Positions 32,199 to 42,187 of a DNA stretch of 64,000 nt are shown here, in pieces. Each line of letters starts with the position of its first letter. Positions within the stretch are counted from its first letter, which is position 1. The stretch is from a virus. The notes below the pieces were generated by a model. The model was not told the origin of the DNA, searched no databases, and saw only the letters and a list, made by a program, of their open reading frames with translations. The translations under genes and the position numbers were made by a program. Where the stretch lies: positions 32,001 through 96,000 of IMG/VR virus record IMGVR_UViG_3300025141_016157; one strand, given 5' to 3'.

Positions 32199-34211
32199 AT
32201 GGCTAAGAAATTTACATTAGACCAGTTAACTGAGGGAATACGTCAAAGAGACGTAGGTCAGCAGTCTGCTCTTTTGACTGAGAAGTGGACCCGTACAGGT
32301 CTTCTTCGAGGTATGAACGACACAGGTCGTGAGAATATGGCTCGCCTTCTTGAAAACCAGGCAGCACAGCTTCTTCGCGAGCAGTCTTCAATCGGTAACG
32401 GTGCACGGGGCACCGCTTCATCGGGTGATCTTCGTGGTTTCACAAATATCGCCTTCCCAATCGTTCGTCGTGTATTCGGCGGTCTCGTTGCAAATGATCT
32501 TGTTTCAATTCAGCCCATGAGCTTACCCTCTGGACTGCTTTTCTATCTTGATTACACATACGGAACAAATATTGGTGGAAGCTCAACAACAACTGGTGCT
32601 GCTGGTACAGAAGATCAGCAGGATTATCGTAAGGGTCAATCAATCTACAACCTTCCAACTGGTAAGGGCGTAAGATCTGGATCAGATGCTATCGGTGGTC
32701 AGTACAACCTTGCAGGTACGGGATACTCTAGAGTCAACACGCAGCTTGCTGCAGGTGAACTAGTCCTTCTTGCATCAGGTGCTATGGCACAGCAAACATC
32801 ACTTCAGGGTGGTCAATACCTTATGTCAACAGGTTCTGACGGAAGACTTCTTCAGTTTGACCCACAGATCTGTACTCTAATTGAAGACAACCTTGATGCT
32901 GATGGTAACCGTCAGGGTCTTGGTCTATTCCAGGCAATGCTTTGGGATGTCAACAATTTCCCTGCACAAGCTGATCTTACAGCTGTTAAGGAAATTGGTC
33001 TTTATGCTGGCGGCGCAGTTATAGGAACTGCAAGAACGGCAGCGGACCCGACGGGTGCCTCCGCTACTGCTGATGGTGAAGCACTTATCAACGGTATAGG
33101 AGTCAAGGTTCTCTCTGCATCTGATTCAGTTCAGGGTGGCCAGGTTGTTAATATTCGAAGGCTTAATCAGCTAGGAACTTACGATGGTAGCAAATTCACA
33201 CCTGATCCAATGGTTACTAGAAACACAGCCAATGCAGCACTGTTGACAATTATTTCTGGTACATTCAGACCTGACATGGCAACAACAGGCGTGTCGTCAT
33301 ATCACGGATTCTCAGGATCATATGTCCAGTCTCCAACACTTAATGTTGGCGGCGACGGTGATACCCTTACTATTCCGACCTTTGAGTCTAACTTTGGAAC
33401 AGGCGCAACAGCAGTTAATCCTGAAATTCCAGAAATTGACATCAAGATCGAGTCAATAGCTGTTACAGCTGAGACACGTAAGTTGAGAGCACGCTGGTCA
33501 CCAGAACTCGCACAGGACTTGAACGCTTACCACAGCCTTGACGCTGAGGTTGAGCTTACTCAGATCCTCTCTGAGCAGATTGCTCTAGAGCTTGATCGCG
33601 AGATTCTTAATGACCTTCTCACACAGGCAAAGGGTGCTAACTACTACTGGTCAAGAGCTCCGGGTAAGTTTGTTAACAAGAAGACAGGCGCTGTTCAGTC
33701 ACTTGCTAGCTCACTTCAAACTGGTCCTAACTTCACCGGTACAGTTCGTGAATGGTACGAGACTCTTGTTGAGACCATCATCGATGTTGCTAATGAGATT
33801 CACCGTAAGACCCTTCGTGGTTCTGCAAACTTCATCGTGGTTTCACCCGATGTTGCTACAATCTTTGAGGCTTCCGTCCTCTACAAGCCCAATTATAGCC
33901 TTGATGGCCAGGGTCAGGTCGGATCACCCTTCCAGCTTGGTGCAGCACCGATTGGTAGCTTGAGCAACCGTTTCACGGTCTATAAGGATCCATACTTCCC
34001 GCGCAACAAGGTTCTTGTTGGTTATAAGGGTGGTAGCTACCTTGAGACTGGTTACGTATACGCTCCTTACGTACCTCTCATTGTCACTCCTACTATCTTC
34101 GCACCAGAGGACTTCACACCCCGCAAGGGCGTGATGACTCGCTACGGTAAGAAGATGGTTCGTGCTGACTTCTACGGTACAGTTACATGTATGGATATGG
34201 ACGTTATCTAA
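32199..34211 (+). CDS. Major capsid protein (T4 gp23-like) with large insertion
   Basis: LLENQA, FPIVRRVF, VSIQPMSLPSGLLFYLD, TRKLRARWSPELAQDLNAYH.LDAE.EL, YAPYVPL and GVMTRYG. Confidence 0.95.
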   Translation: MAKKFTLDQLTEGIRQRDVGQQSALLTEKWTRTGLLRGMNDTGRENMARLLENQAAQLLREQSSIGNGARGTASSGDLRGFTNIAFPIVRRVFGGLVANDLVSIQPMSLPSGLLFYLDYTYGTNIGGSSTTTGAAGTEDQQDYRKGQSIYNLPTGKGVRSGSDAIGGQYNLAGTGYSRVNTQLAAGELVLLASGAMAQQTSLQGGQYLMSTGSDGRLLQFDPQICTLIEDNLDADGNRQGLGLFQAMLWDVNNFPAQADLTAVKEIGLYAGGAVIGTARTAADPTGASATADGEALINGIGVKVLSASDSVQGGQVVNIRRLNQLGTYDGSKFTPDPMVTRNTANAALLTIISGTFRPDMATTGVSSYHGFSGSYVQSPTLNVGGDGDTLTIPTFESNFGTGATAVNPEIPEIDIKIESIAVTAETRKLRARWSPELAQDLNAYHSLDAEVELTQILSEQIALELDREILNDLLTQAKGANYYWSRAPGKFVNKKTGAVQSLASSLQTGPNFTGTVREWYETLVETIIDVANEIHRKTLRGSANFIVVSPDVATIFEASVLYKPNYSLDGQGQVGSPFQLGAAPIGSLSNRFTVYKDPYFPRNKVLVGYKGGSYLETGYVYAPYVPLIVTPTIFAPEDFTPRKGVMTRYGKKMVRADFYGTVTCMDMDVI

Positions 34212-34233
34212 AATAGATCTCATCTATAGTTCT

Positions 34234-34266
34234 AAAGGGCACCTCTATGAGGTGCCCTTTTTTTTT
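34234..34266 (+). terminator. Rho-independent terminator after MCP
   Basis: AAAGGGCACCTC-TAT-GAGGTGCCCTTT followed by a T run. Confidence 0.9.
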
Positions 34267-34297
34267 AATTAAAAAACTGTTTTTTAATTAAAAAACT
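34261..34297. repeat. Tandem duplication of palindrome TTTTTTAATTAAAAAA(CT)
   Basis: Copies start at 34261 and 34280 (19 nt period). Confidence 0.8.
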
Positions 34298-34397
34298 TCT
34301 TTTTTACAAACTTAGTTGATATTTAAACATTGAGATATAATAATCTCTAATTTAATAATAAAATTACTCTCACTATACAATCATAGGAAAAAATCAA

Positions 34398-34883
34398 ATG
34401 GGAAGACCGACAATATTTAAATATACATTCGATAAATTAGCATACACAGAAGACTTTGGAGCAAGCGCAAGAGATTTTCTCTTAGACATGAAAAATATCT
34501 ACCTTGCTGGGACAACTGTTAAAGAAGGTAGAACATTAGAGGCACATAGTATAACGATTCATAGAGGCCCACAGCAAATAATTGCAAATAGTACAGGATC
34601 GAATAGTGTTACACTTTTGTCAGGCAGCGTCTACCCCATCGGAGTAACACTGGACTCAACCGGCAACAAGCCTGGTCAAATCCATAATATATACGTTGTA
34701 TCTTTCCCTGTTGGCGGAGAATCGATTGTACTTTCTGGGGCAAATACTTCTTTTGCAGGAAATGGTACTGTCTCGGATTATAGATTCATAACATCCGGAT
34801 CTGGTGCAACATGCAGATGGAATACCTCTTCGAAAGTATGGGACGTTCAGCTTCACGGATCAGGATCATTTATAGCCTCATAA
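34398..34883 (+). CDS. Hypothetical virion protein (possible capsid decoration)
   Basis: 161 aa after the MCP, AGGA SD, SGS-rich. Confidence 0.5.
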   Translation: MGRPTIFKYTFDKLAYTEDFGASARDFLLDMKNIYLAGTTVKEGRTLEAHSITIHRGPQQIIANSTGSNSVTLLSGSVYPIGVTLDSTGNKPGQIHNIYVVSFPVGGESIVLSGANTSFAGNGTVSDYRFITSGSGATCRWNTSSKVWDVQLHGSGSFIAS

Positions 34884-34918
34884 CTTCCGATTGCTAGATG
34901 AAAGACTAACAATAATAA

Positions 34919-34945
34919 ATAAGCACTGCAATTTGCAGTGCTTAT
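34919..34945. repeat. 27 bp inverted repeat (hairpin, terminator or operator)
   Basis: ATAAGCACTGCAA-T-TTGCAGTGCTTAT. Confidence 0.8.
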
Positions 34946-34950
34946 CACCC

Positions 34951-34991
34951 TAGACAATATAAATCTTTCTAAATATATAGATTAAATGGAG
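34951..34991 (+). promoter_or_regulatory. Duplicated promoter/RBS cassette, copy 1
   Basis: TAGACAATATAAATCTTTCTAAATATATAGATTAAATGGAG, 39/41 identical to 35377-35417. Confidence 0.7.
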
Positions 34992-35001
34992 CAAACAAGT
35001 C

Positions 35002-35367
35002 ATGGCAGTTACAGTTACTACACAACAAAACCCAATTGGGACCATAATGGTTCAAGATACGGCAGCAATACAGACTGCAGTTGATAATACAACAGGCTCA
35101 AGTGGCACACTCTATATGGTGGAGATTGTTAATTCTGCAGGAGCAATAGTTTATTTTAAGATGGCAGATACTACAGATGCCACAGCGGGAACGACTGCGG
35201 CTGATATAGTTCTCATGTGCCCAGCTTCTTCTACGAGAAGCTATGCTTTCCCAAACGGGATAGCATTTGCCAACGGTTTTAGTCATTGGTGTGTTGCAGG
35301 CGCAGCAGAAGCCAATGTAGGTGCACCAGGCTCCGTCGCTGTCCGGTATATCACAAGTGCAAGCTAA
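35002..35367 (+). CDS. Small Ala/Thr-rich beta protein, probably a virion component
   Basis: 121 aa, GGAG SD. Confidence 0.55.
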   Translation: MAVTVTTQQNPIGTIMVQDTAAIQTAVDNTTGSSGTLYMVEIVNSAGAIVYFKMADTTDATAGTTAADIVLMCPASSTRSYAFPNGIAFANGFSHWCVAGAAEANVGAPGSVAVRYITSAS

Positions 35368-35376
35368 ACTGGTGAT

Positions 35377-35417
35377 TAGATAATATAAATCTTTCTAAAT
35401 ATATAGATTAAACGGAG
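35377..35417 (+). promoter_or_regulatory. Duplicated promoter/RBS cassette, copy 2
   Basis: TAGATAATATAAATCTTTCTAAATATATAGATTAAACGGAG. Confidence 0.7.
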
Positions 35418-35426
35418 GTCATAAAA

Positions 35427-35669
35427 ATGGCATTAAGAAAAGTAAGGATAGCAGGACCACCAAGGTGGACAAGAGAAGGTAGACGATATCTTGAAAAGCA
35501 TCAGGGTAAAAGTGAAGTAGTAGAAGTAGAACTATCTCCTGAGTCAGAAGCTGAAACTGTAGAGGAATCTCTAGATGTTGTTCATGAAGCTCCCAAAGAA
35601 GAAGTCAAAAAAGTATCTATAAAAAAGAAGAAGGCTGCAACAAAAAAGAAATTAGCAAAGAAAAGCTAG
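35427..35669 (+). CDS. Small protein with acidic middle and Lys/Ala-rich tail
   Basis: 80 aa, GGAGG SD, ends KKKKAATKKKLAKKS. Confidence 0.6.
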   Translation: MALRKVRIAGPPRWTREGRRYLEKHQGKSEVVEVELSPESEAETVEESLDVVHEAPKEEVKKVSIKKKKAATKKKLAKKS

Positions 35670-35716
35670 CCTAGACAATAAATTTAAAAATAATTTTTCA
35701 AATAGGTGAAGACATT

Positions 35717-35761
35717 ATCCGCTTATGGGTTATTTAAATTTCTCATAAGCGGATTCTTTTT
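35717..35761 (+). terminator. Probable terminator hairpin
   Basis: ATCCGCTTATG ... CATAAGCGGAT followed by TCTTTTT. Confidence 0.6.
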
Positions 35762-35805
35762 GTAATGTCTTTTTTTATTGTATATTTAAAATTGGGAATA
35801 GAGCA

Positions 35806-36993
35806 ATGAGCACGTTTGCAGAGACAACAAATCCGACACCTTTTGGCTTTTACGATGGTGAGACTATGTTTCAAACAGAGGCAGACTCCATTGTAACATT
35901 TGTCAAAAGAAAGCTTGGTGATGACGTCTTATCAGTAGAGCTCACAAAAAAGCAGATATGGGCAACATTTGAAGAAGCAACACTAGAGTTTAGCTCAATT
36001 TTAAACACATATCAGGCAAAGTCTCAAATAGTTAATTTTCTGGGAATGCCAACTACGGGATCAGATGGATTAATGTCTGGATCTGAGGGTAAGTACCCTA
36101 GAGAAAATCTCGACTACCTGACTAGATTTGCTGAGCCATATTCATTTGAAGCAGGTGTCGGAGGATCTTACAATACACTGTCCGGATCTCTAGATCTAAA
36201 AGCAGGAGTTCAAGATTACAATATCTATAATACACTGTCAGATGCAAATGGAGATTTACTTTTTTCCTCTAGTTTAAATACTAAGATGGGTAAGATGCAG
36301 ATTGTTGAGGTTTTTCACTTTAGTCCGCAAGCAGCTTATAGATTTTTTGATACAACATCTGCAATAAACTATCTTAATAATGAGTTTAGCTTTGAGTCAT
36401 TTACCCCTGAGACGATATTTTATGTTCTACCGGTATTTGAAGATATTCTTAGGGCTGGGCAGCTTGACCTTTCAAATAGAGTTAGAAGGTCAAACTATTC
36501 TTACAAAGTATCAGGCCAGAATATAAGAATTTATCCAATACCTCAGTCAGATGCAGATACACCAAAAAAATTGTGGATCAGGGTTAGATATGGATCAGAT
36601 CCATTGGATCCAGCCTATCGTGACGATACTATAGGCGGAGTTTCAAATCTTTCAGATCTTCCTTTTGGAATTATACCCTATACTAATATTAATAGCATAG
36701 GTCAACAGTGGATCAGGCAGTGCTCCCTTGCGCTTTCAAAGGAGCTATTAGGTCAAGTTAGATCAAAATTCTCAAACATTCCAATTCCGGGATCAGAGCT
36801 TCAGCTGAATGGTAAAGATTTAATAACGCAGGGAAGAGAAGATAAAGATAAGCTCTTAACACAGCTTAAAGAAATGCTTGAGACAATGACTTATGATAAG
36901 TTGATGGAGACTGCTGCTACGAGAGCAGAGTTTATAAATAAACAGCTTAAATTTGTGCCTATGCCGAATGGCTTAGCAATCTTTATGGGATAG
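35806..36993 (+). CDS. Neck/head-tail adaptor protein (T4 gp13-like)
   Basis: RKLGDDVLSVELT..Q, WIRQ..LALSKELLGQVRSKF..IPG...LNG. Position after the MCP. Confidence 0.8.
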   Translation: MSTFAETTNPTPFGFYDGETMFQTEADSIVTFVKRKLGDDVLSVELTKKQIWATFEEATLEFSSILNTYQAKSQIVNFLGMPTTGSDGLMSGSEGKYPRENLDYLTRFAEPYSFEAGVGGSYNTLSGSLDLKAGVQDYNIYNTLSDANGDLLFSSSLNTKMGKMQIVEVFHFSPQAAYRFFDTTSAINYLNNEFSFESFTPETIFYVLPVFEDILRAGQLDLSNRVRRSNYSYKVSGQNIRIYPIPQSDADTPKKLWIRVRYGSDPLDPAYRDDTIGGVSNLSDLPFGIIPYTNINSIGQQWIRQCSLALSKELLGQVRSKFSNIPIPGSELQLNGKDLITQGREDKDKLLTQLKEMLETMTYDKLMETAATRAEFINKQLKFVPMPNGLAIFMG

Positions 36994-36997
36994 ATTT

Positions 36998-37663
36998 ATG
37001 AGTAGACTTTTTATAACACCCAGAGAGATAAATTTAATTAATGATATTGCAAAAGAGCTTGTTAAGGATGTTGTAGGGCAGGCAATTTATTACTACCCGA
37101 TTTCAATTGTTAAGTCAAACGTTCATGATGTTTACGAAGAGTCTACAAAGAAGGTTTTTGAAAATCCAATAAAAATAGATGCACTTGTAAAATATGAACC
37201 TCAAGATATTAGGGCAAATAAATTTGGAAGTGAAGAATACTATACAATAGAAGTGTACATCCAGGAAAGAGATCTAATTGATAAAGGCATATCTGTTCAA
37301 GAGGGAGATTTCTTTTCATACGGTGAGGTATTTTTTGAAGTTATTACAGTCCCAGACTCAAATACGATATACGGAGAGGTTGAGCATAAAGGGTTTATTA
37401 CAATTACAGGAAAACAGGCAAGAAAGGGACAGTTCGAAACAAAGGTCTTTGGACCCACAGACGAGAGATACAGCGATCCAGATGCAGTTCAAGACGAATT
37501 CTATCAGCAGAGGGGTTTCAAGGTAAATCAGGAAGGAGTCACAGGAGACGTACGAGAGCTTCAGAGAAAGGGAGTCCTAGATAAACCATTGACTGGGCCG
37601 CAGAGTGTAACAGATGAGGCAGGAGACAAGGCGGGACCTGGTTTTTACGGCGACGATGAGTGA
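36998..37663 (+). CDS. Neck/head completion protein (T4 gp14-like)
   Basis: GQAIYYYP..VYEE..K.F and EGDFF. Follows the gp13-like gene. Confidence 0.6.
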   Translation: MSRLFITPREINLINDIAKELVKDVVGQAIYYYPISIVKSNVHDVYEESTKKVFENPIKIDALVKYEPQDIRANKFGSEEYYTIEVYIQERDLIDKGISVQEGDFFSYGEVFFEVITVPDSNTIYGEVEHKGFITITGKQARKGQFETKVFGPTDERYSDPDAVQDEFYQQRGFKVNQEGVTGDVRELQRKGVLDKPLTGPQSVTDEAGDKAGPGFYGDDE

Positions 37664-37671
37664 GGTAATGC

Positions 37672-38874
37672 ATGTCCAGTGAATCTGATAAGAGAAATGA
37701 GCTAGCAACGCCAGAAAACTTTGGAATACCGTCTGCAGGAATAGAAGATATGGATCGAGCTGTTTTCGATCTGTTTGATAAATTCTTGCCCTTACAAGTA
37801 AAAATAGATGATCAGTCGACAAAAGTTCCAGTTGTCTTTTCAACTGGTGAGAGATTTGCGCTTACAAGAAGAAACTCACCAATTAGAGATAGAAATAATG
37901 CTATAATTCTTCCAGTCATAGCAGTATATAGAAAAAATATTGATCTTTCACCTGGTCAATCCGGTTATGGATCACCAATAGCGTTTAGAGATCAGCCAAC
38001 ATACACAGTTAAAAAAAGATTATCTAAAAAAGATAGAAATTATCAAAATATTATTAACAGATACGGTATTAAAAATCAAAAAAATGTTAGCAGTAGAAAA
38101 AACTTTACTTTTACAGATAATTTTCCTGGAAACATAGCACAGCCGGGAACTTTTGCAACTCGTAGAAATGGAAAGAATCTTTCTCTAATATCAAGCGCAC
38201 AGACAACAAGCATTTCAAATTTTCTTACTGATAATATTTTTGAAATTATAACAATACCGTATCCGACATTTATGGTTGTTTCATACGAAATAGTATTTTG
38301 GACACAGTACGTACAAAATATGAATCAGCTTTTAGAAGTTATGATGTCAAGATTTACTGGGCAAGATACAGGATTCAAGCTTACTACAAAAAAAGGCTTT
38401 GAGTATGTTGCATTTATAAATTCTCCAATTAATACAGCTGATAATTTTAATGATTTTTCAAAAGATGAAAGAATTATTAGATATAATTTTACAATTGATG
38501 TTCCGGGCTATCTTCTTGCCACAGAGCAGGAGGGATTGCCTAGTCCATATAGAAAATATGAATCTGCACCTCAAATAGAATTTGGATATGTTCAAGTAGA
38601 TGGATTTGTTTTTACAGAAGATAAGAATCCCGAAGCAGTTGTTGATCAAAATAAATTTATACTTTCTGAAATTGAATCTGAAGCCATGACATCACTACAA
38701 AGAGGTCAAACATCAGCAAAAGTAGTTGAAACAATCATAAATCCATTCACTGGCGAGGATACAATAGCTGTTTCAAAAATAAAAACTCGCAATGAAAGAG
38801 CTGGTGAGACCGTTGCAAGTTCAAGAATTGCAATAGAATTACAAACAACCTTAGATTCTCCTACATCTGAGTAG
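37672..38874 (+). CDS. Tail terminator/sheath stabiliser (T4 gp15-like)
   Basis: KVPVVF..GER, LPVIAV, YEIVFWT..MNQLLE and RIIRYNFTIDVPGYL. Precedes the sheath genes. Confidence 0.6.
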   Translation: MSSESDKRNELATPENFGIPSAGIEDMDRAVFDLFDKFLPLQVKIDDQSTKVPVVFSTGERFALTRRNSPIRDRNNAIILPVIAVYRKNIDLSPGQSGYGSPIAFRDQPTYTVKKRLSKKDRNYQNIINRYGIKNQKNVSSRKNFTFTDNFPGNIAQPGTFATRRNGKNLSLISSAQTTSISNFLTDNIFEIITIPYPTFMVVSYEIVFWTQYVQNMNQLLEVMMSRFTGQDTGFKLTTKKGFEYVAFINSPINTADNFNDFSKDERIIRYNFTIDVPGYLLATEQEGLPSPYRKYESAPQIEFGYVQVDGFVFTEDKNPEAVVDQNKFILSEIESEAMTSLQRGQTSAKVVETIINPFTGEDTIAVSKIKTRNERAGETVASSRIAIELQTTLDSPTSE

Positions 38875-38934
38875 AGATTTTTGATCGTTTAAGAGATAGT
38901 TATACCTGTAAAGAGTAGAACAGGAGATTTGTCA

Positions 38935-41900
38935 ATGGCCGAACAGACATTTAAATCACCCGGGTTTTTTGAGAGAGAGATAGATCTGTCTCAGACTTCA
39001 ACTTCGGTGTCAGGAGTTCCTGCAGGAATTGCTGGAACTTCACAGATGGGACCAGCATTTGTCCCAGTTACAGTGGGTTCATTTATTGATTTTGAAAATA
39101 GATTTGGAACACTTGATCCTGACATGTTTGGGCCCTATGCGGTAAGAGAATTCTTAAAGCACAGGACAGCACTTACGTATGTAAGAGTTCTAGGAGCAGG
39201 CGCTAATTCAGCTGGAACAGACTTTATAACCACACAGGTAGCAGGAACAGTCAAAGGTGCAGGATTTATTATTCAAGGTGCTGACGCCGAAGCTGGTCAA
39301 GGACCAGATGGCGATCATAGTAGAAAGCTCGGATGTGTACAGTTTATTAGTGCTAGACACTATGTCTCAGCATCTGAAGCCGTAGGGTATCCAGTTCTTA
39401 CAGATAATATATCAGTCGGACTTGATAACAATGTTGCAAACCTTGTTAGAGCTGTTCTCATGACTCCAACAGGATCACGATTCCAGGTTTTACCTTTTGC
39501 ATCATCTTCATATCCTGTTGATGTCTTCTCATATTTAGATAATAACGATCTAGCCAAACCATCATCTTCTGGTATGTTTAAGCTAATTCTATCTTCAACT
39601 GCAGGCTCTACATTTGGATCAACAGATGGAGTTTCAGGAATAAAAATATTTACAGCATCTCTAGATCCAGGATCTGACGCATATATTTCAAAAATTCTTA
39701 ATACAGATCCTCTACAATTTCAGTCAACACAGCATTTACTTTATGCTGATTTCCCAGTTGAGAAAGAGATTGCAAGGGTCGACCTTGGATCAGAAACTAG
39801 ACCGTCCTGGACTAGCGGATCAATAGCACTTTCATCTGGATCATCATTGACATCTTCGAAGTCAGGAGCAGGATCTGTATCGTTTAATAATCTTTTTGGA
39901 AAATTTGATTCACGATATACAACACCTACAACACCATTCTTTATATCTCAACCCTACGGTGATACAGAATATAATCTATTCAGAGTTGAGACAATATCAG
40001 ATGGTGCATGGGCATCCACTAAATTCAAGATATCAATTAGGGACATTAGAAAACCACAAAGCCCTGGTCAAGATCCGTATGGAACATTTACTCTAGAGGT
40101 TAGAGATTTCTCTGATACTGATAGAAGCAGATCTGTACTTGAAAGATACACGGGATGCACTCTCAACCCTGCTAGCGACGACTATGTTGCAAAGAAAGTT
40201 GGAGACTATAAAGCATTTTATAATTTTGATGCAATTGATCCTGATGAAAGAAAAGTAGTTGTTCAAGGAAAGAATCCAAATATATCAAGCAGAATAAGAA
40301 TTGTAACAACAGATGAGCTAGATATGGGATTGATACCTGCAAATGCTATTCCGTTTGGATTTAGAGGTGTACCAGTTCTAAAGACAACTGATACACTAAC
40401 AGATAACACTGGCTCAATACGAGGAGATGTGCCAACCCCATCTGGACCGGGATCTTGTAGAAGACTATCTTCAAATATTGGCGGGTGGAGCACAGATGAT
40501 GGTTCAGGACCAGGGTCAGCAACATGGTCTCAGTTTATCACATCTTCAATTCTCCCACCTGTTCCAATGAGGTTTAAAGTTACAAAGGGAGTTGCAAACA
40601 AATCTCCAAACTTTACCGGTGAGCAGAGTGATACAGAACTCGTAGATGGAAATCTATACTGGGGAGTAAAATTTACCAGACTTGCACAATCTAGTTCAAC
40701 ACAGACTGATACGATATATAGGACAAACCTGTCTTCGATGCCAAATGGTCTTATATCTTCTTACTCGAAGCTTATAGGAATACTAAAGCTTGATACAAAT
40801 GTTACGGGCTCAGGTGCTGACAAGTTTAACAATAATAAATTCAGTCTATCAAGAGTTGCATTTTACAATGGAACGGGATCATATACTGATAGCGTTGTTG
40901 ACTCAGTTCAATCACAAATTACAGGATCTACTGTGGCACACATGATTGATGCAGCATACATTAGAGATGGAATTGTTGATCCTACACTATATACAATTGC
41001 AGACGGATCTGAGCACAATAAGCGACTAACATTCGCATCACTTGCAGCACTTACATCCTCTGTTTATTTTAATAAGTTTACTGACTTTGCAAAGTTTACA
41101 ACATTCTTCTATGGTGGGTTTGACGGATTAAACATATTAGATCCAAATATGGCAAATATGAATGATAAAGCAAGCTCTTCAGATACTGGCGGATATTCAT
41201 CTGGTGCAACCCTTGATATAGGTCTCAACAATGAGGCAAATGATTTTGGAACAGGAGATGATAATGCAATTATTCAATCGTATAGAGCTGCTGCAAGGAT
41301 CCTAACATCTGAAGTTACATCTCGTGTAAATATAGTTTCAATTCCAGGGATTAAAGATTCTACGCTTACTGACTACGTTATGGAATTATTGCCGGGATAT
41401 GGAAAAGCTTTTTATGTAGTTGATTTACCTGCTTATGATGCTGAACAGACTAGACTATTTAGAGATAGTTCAAATCGTCCAAACATAGACAAGACTTCAT
41501 CGGTATTTGCAGGACGTGCTGTTGATAATAATTACTCTGCTACTTACTTCCCGGATGTTACAATAACTGATGAGATTAACAATAGACCTGTAAGGGTTCC
41601 GGCATCAGTTGCAGTAATAGGTGCACTTGCATATAATGATAATGTATCATACCCATGGTTCGCACCTGCAGGTTTCAATAGAGCATCTTTAGGATTTGTT
41701 ACAAATACAGATGTCAGATTAAATCAGCAAGATAGAGATACTCTTTACGAAAATAGAGTCAATCCGATAGCTTCATTCCCAGGAGCTGGATTTGTAATAT
41801 TTGGGCAGAAAACTCTTCAGATCCTCAAGAGCTCTTTGGATAGAGTAAACGTCAGAAGGATGCTTCTTGAAGTCAAAAGGGTAGTCGGCGAAGTTGCAAC

Positions 41901-42153
41901 AAACATAGTATTTGAGCAAAATACGCCTGCAACTCGTGCAAGGTTTGTTTCAGAAGTTACACCACTTCTATCAAACATACAAATTCAGCAGGGGATTGAT
42001 CAGTTCAGAATAGTAATGGATTCTACAAACAACACAGATGAGGATATTGCAAACAATATTCTAAACGGTCGAATTGTAATAGTTCCGACTAGAGCAGTTG
42101 AATTTATTGCAATTGACTTTATCATAACAAATGCTGGTGTAGATTTTGTTTAG
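38935..42153 (+). CDS. Tail sheath protein 1 (gp18-like)
   Basis: SPGFFEREIDLS, GPAFVP, PWFAPAGFNR, LYENRVNPI, GQKTLQ, DRVNVRRML and PTRAVEFI. AGGAG SD lies 8 nt before the ATG at 38935. Confidence 0.93.
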   Translation: MAEQTFKSPGFFEREIDLSQTSTSVSGVPAGIAGTSQMGPAFVPVTVGSFIDFENRFGTLDPDMFGPYAVREFLKHRTALTYVRVLGAGANSAGTDFITTQVAGTVKGAGFIIQGADAEAGQGPDGDHSRKLGCVQFISARHYVSASEAVGYPVLTDNISVGLDNNVANLVRAVLMTPTGSRFQVLPFASSSYPVDVFSYLDNNDLAKPSSSGMFKLILSSTAGSTFGSTDGVSGIKIFTASLDPGSDAYISKILNTDPLQFQSTQHLLYADFPVEKEIARVDLGSETRPSWTSGSIALSSGSSLTSSKSGAGSVSFNNLFGKFDSRYTTPTTPFFISQPYGDTEYNLFRVETISDGAWASTKFKISIRDIRKPQSPGQDPYGTFTLEVRDFSDTDRSRSVLERYTGCTLNPASDDYVAKKVGDYKAFYNFDAIDPDERKVVVQGKNPNISSRIRIVTTDELDMGLIPANAIPFGFRGVPVLKTTDTLTDNTGSIRGDVPTPSGPGSCRRLSSNIGGWSTDDGSGPGSATWSQFITSSILPPVPMRFKVTKGVANKSPNFTGEQSDTELVDGNLYWGVKFTRLAQSSSTQTDTIYRTNLSSMPNGLISSYSKLIGILKLDTNVTGSGADKFNNNKFSLSRVAFYNGTGSYTDSVVDSVQSQITGSTVAHMIDAAYIRDGIVDPTLYTIADGSEHNKRLTFASLAALTSSVYFNKFTDFAKFTTFFYGGFDGLNILDPNMANMNDKASSSDTGGYSSGATLDIGLNNEANDFGTGDDNAIIQSYRAAARILTSEVTSRVNIVSIPGIKDSTLTDYVMELLPGYGKAFYVVDLPAYDAEQTRLFRDSSNRPNIDKTSSVFAGRAVDNNYSATYFPDVTITDEINNRPVRVPASVAVIGALAYNDNVSYPWFAPAGFNRASLGFVTNTDVRLNQQDRDTLYENRVNPIASFPGAGFVIFGQKTLQILKSSLDRVNVRRMLLEVKRVVGEVATNIVFEQNTPATRARFVSEVTPLLSNIQIQQGIDQFRIVMDSTNNTDEDIANNILNGRIVIVPTRAVEFIAIDFIITNAGVDFV

Positions 42154-42187
42154 CTAATAGTTAACATATAGAATGGAGATCATTTAG

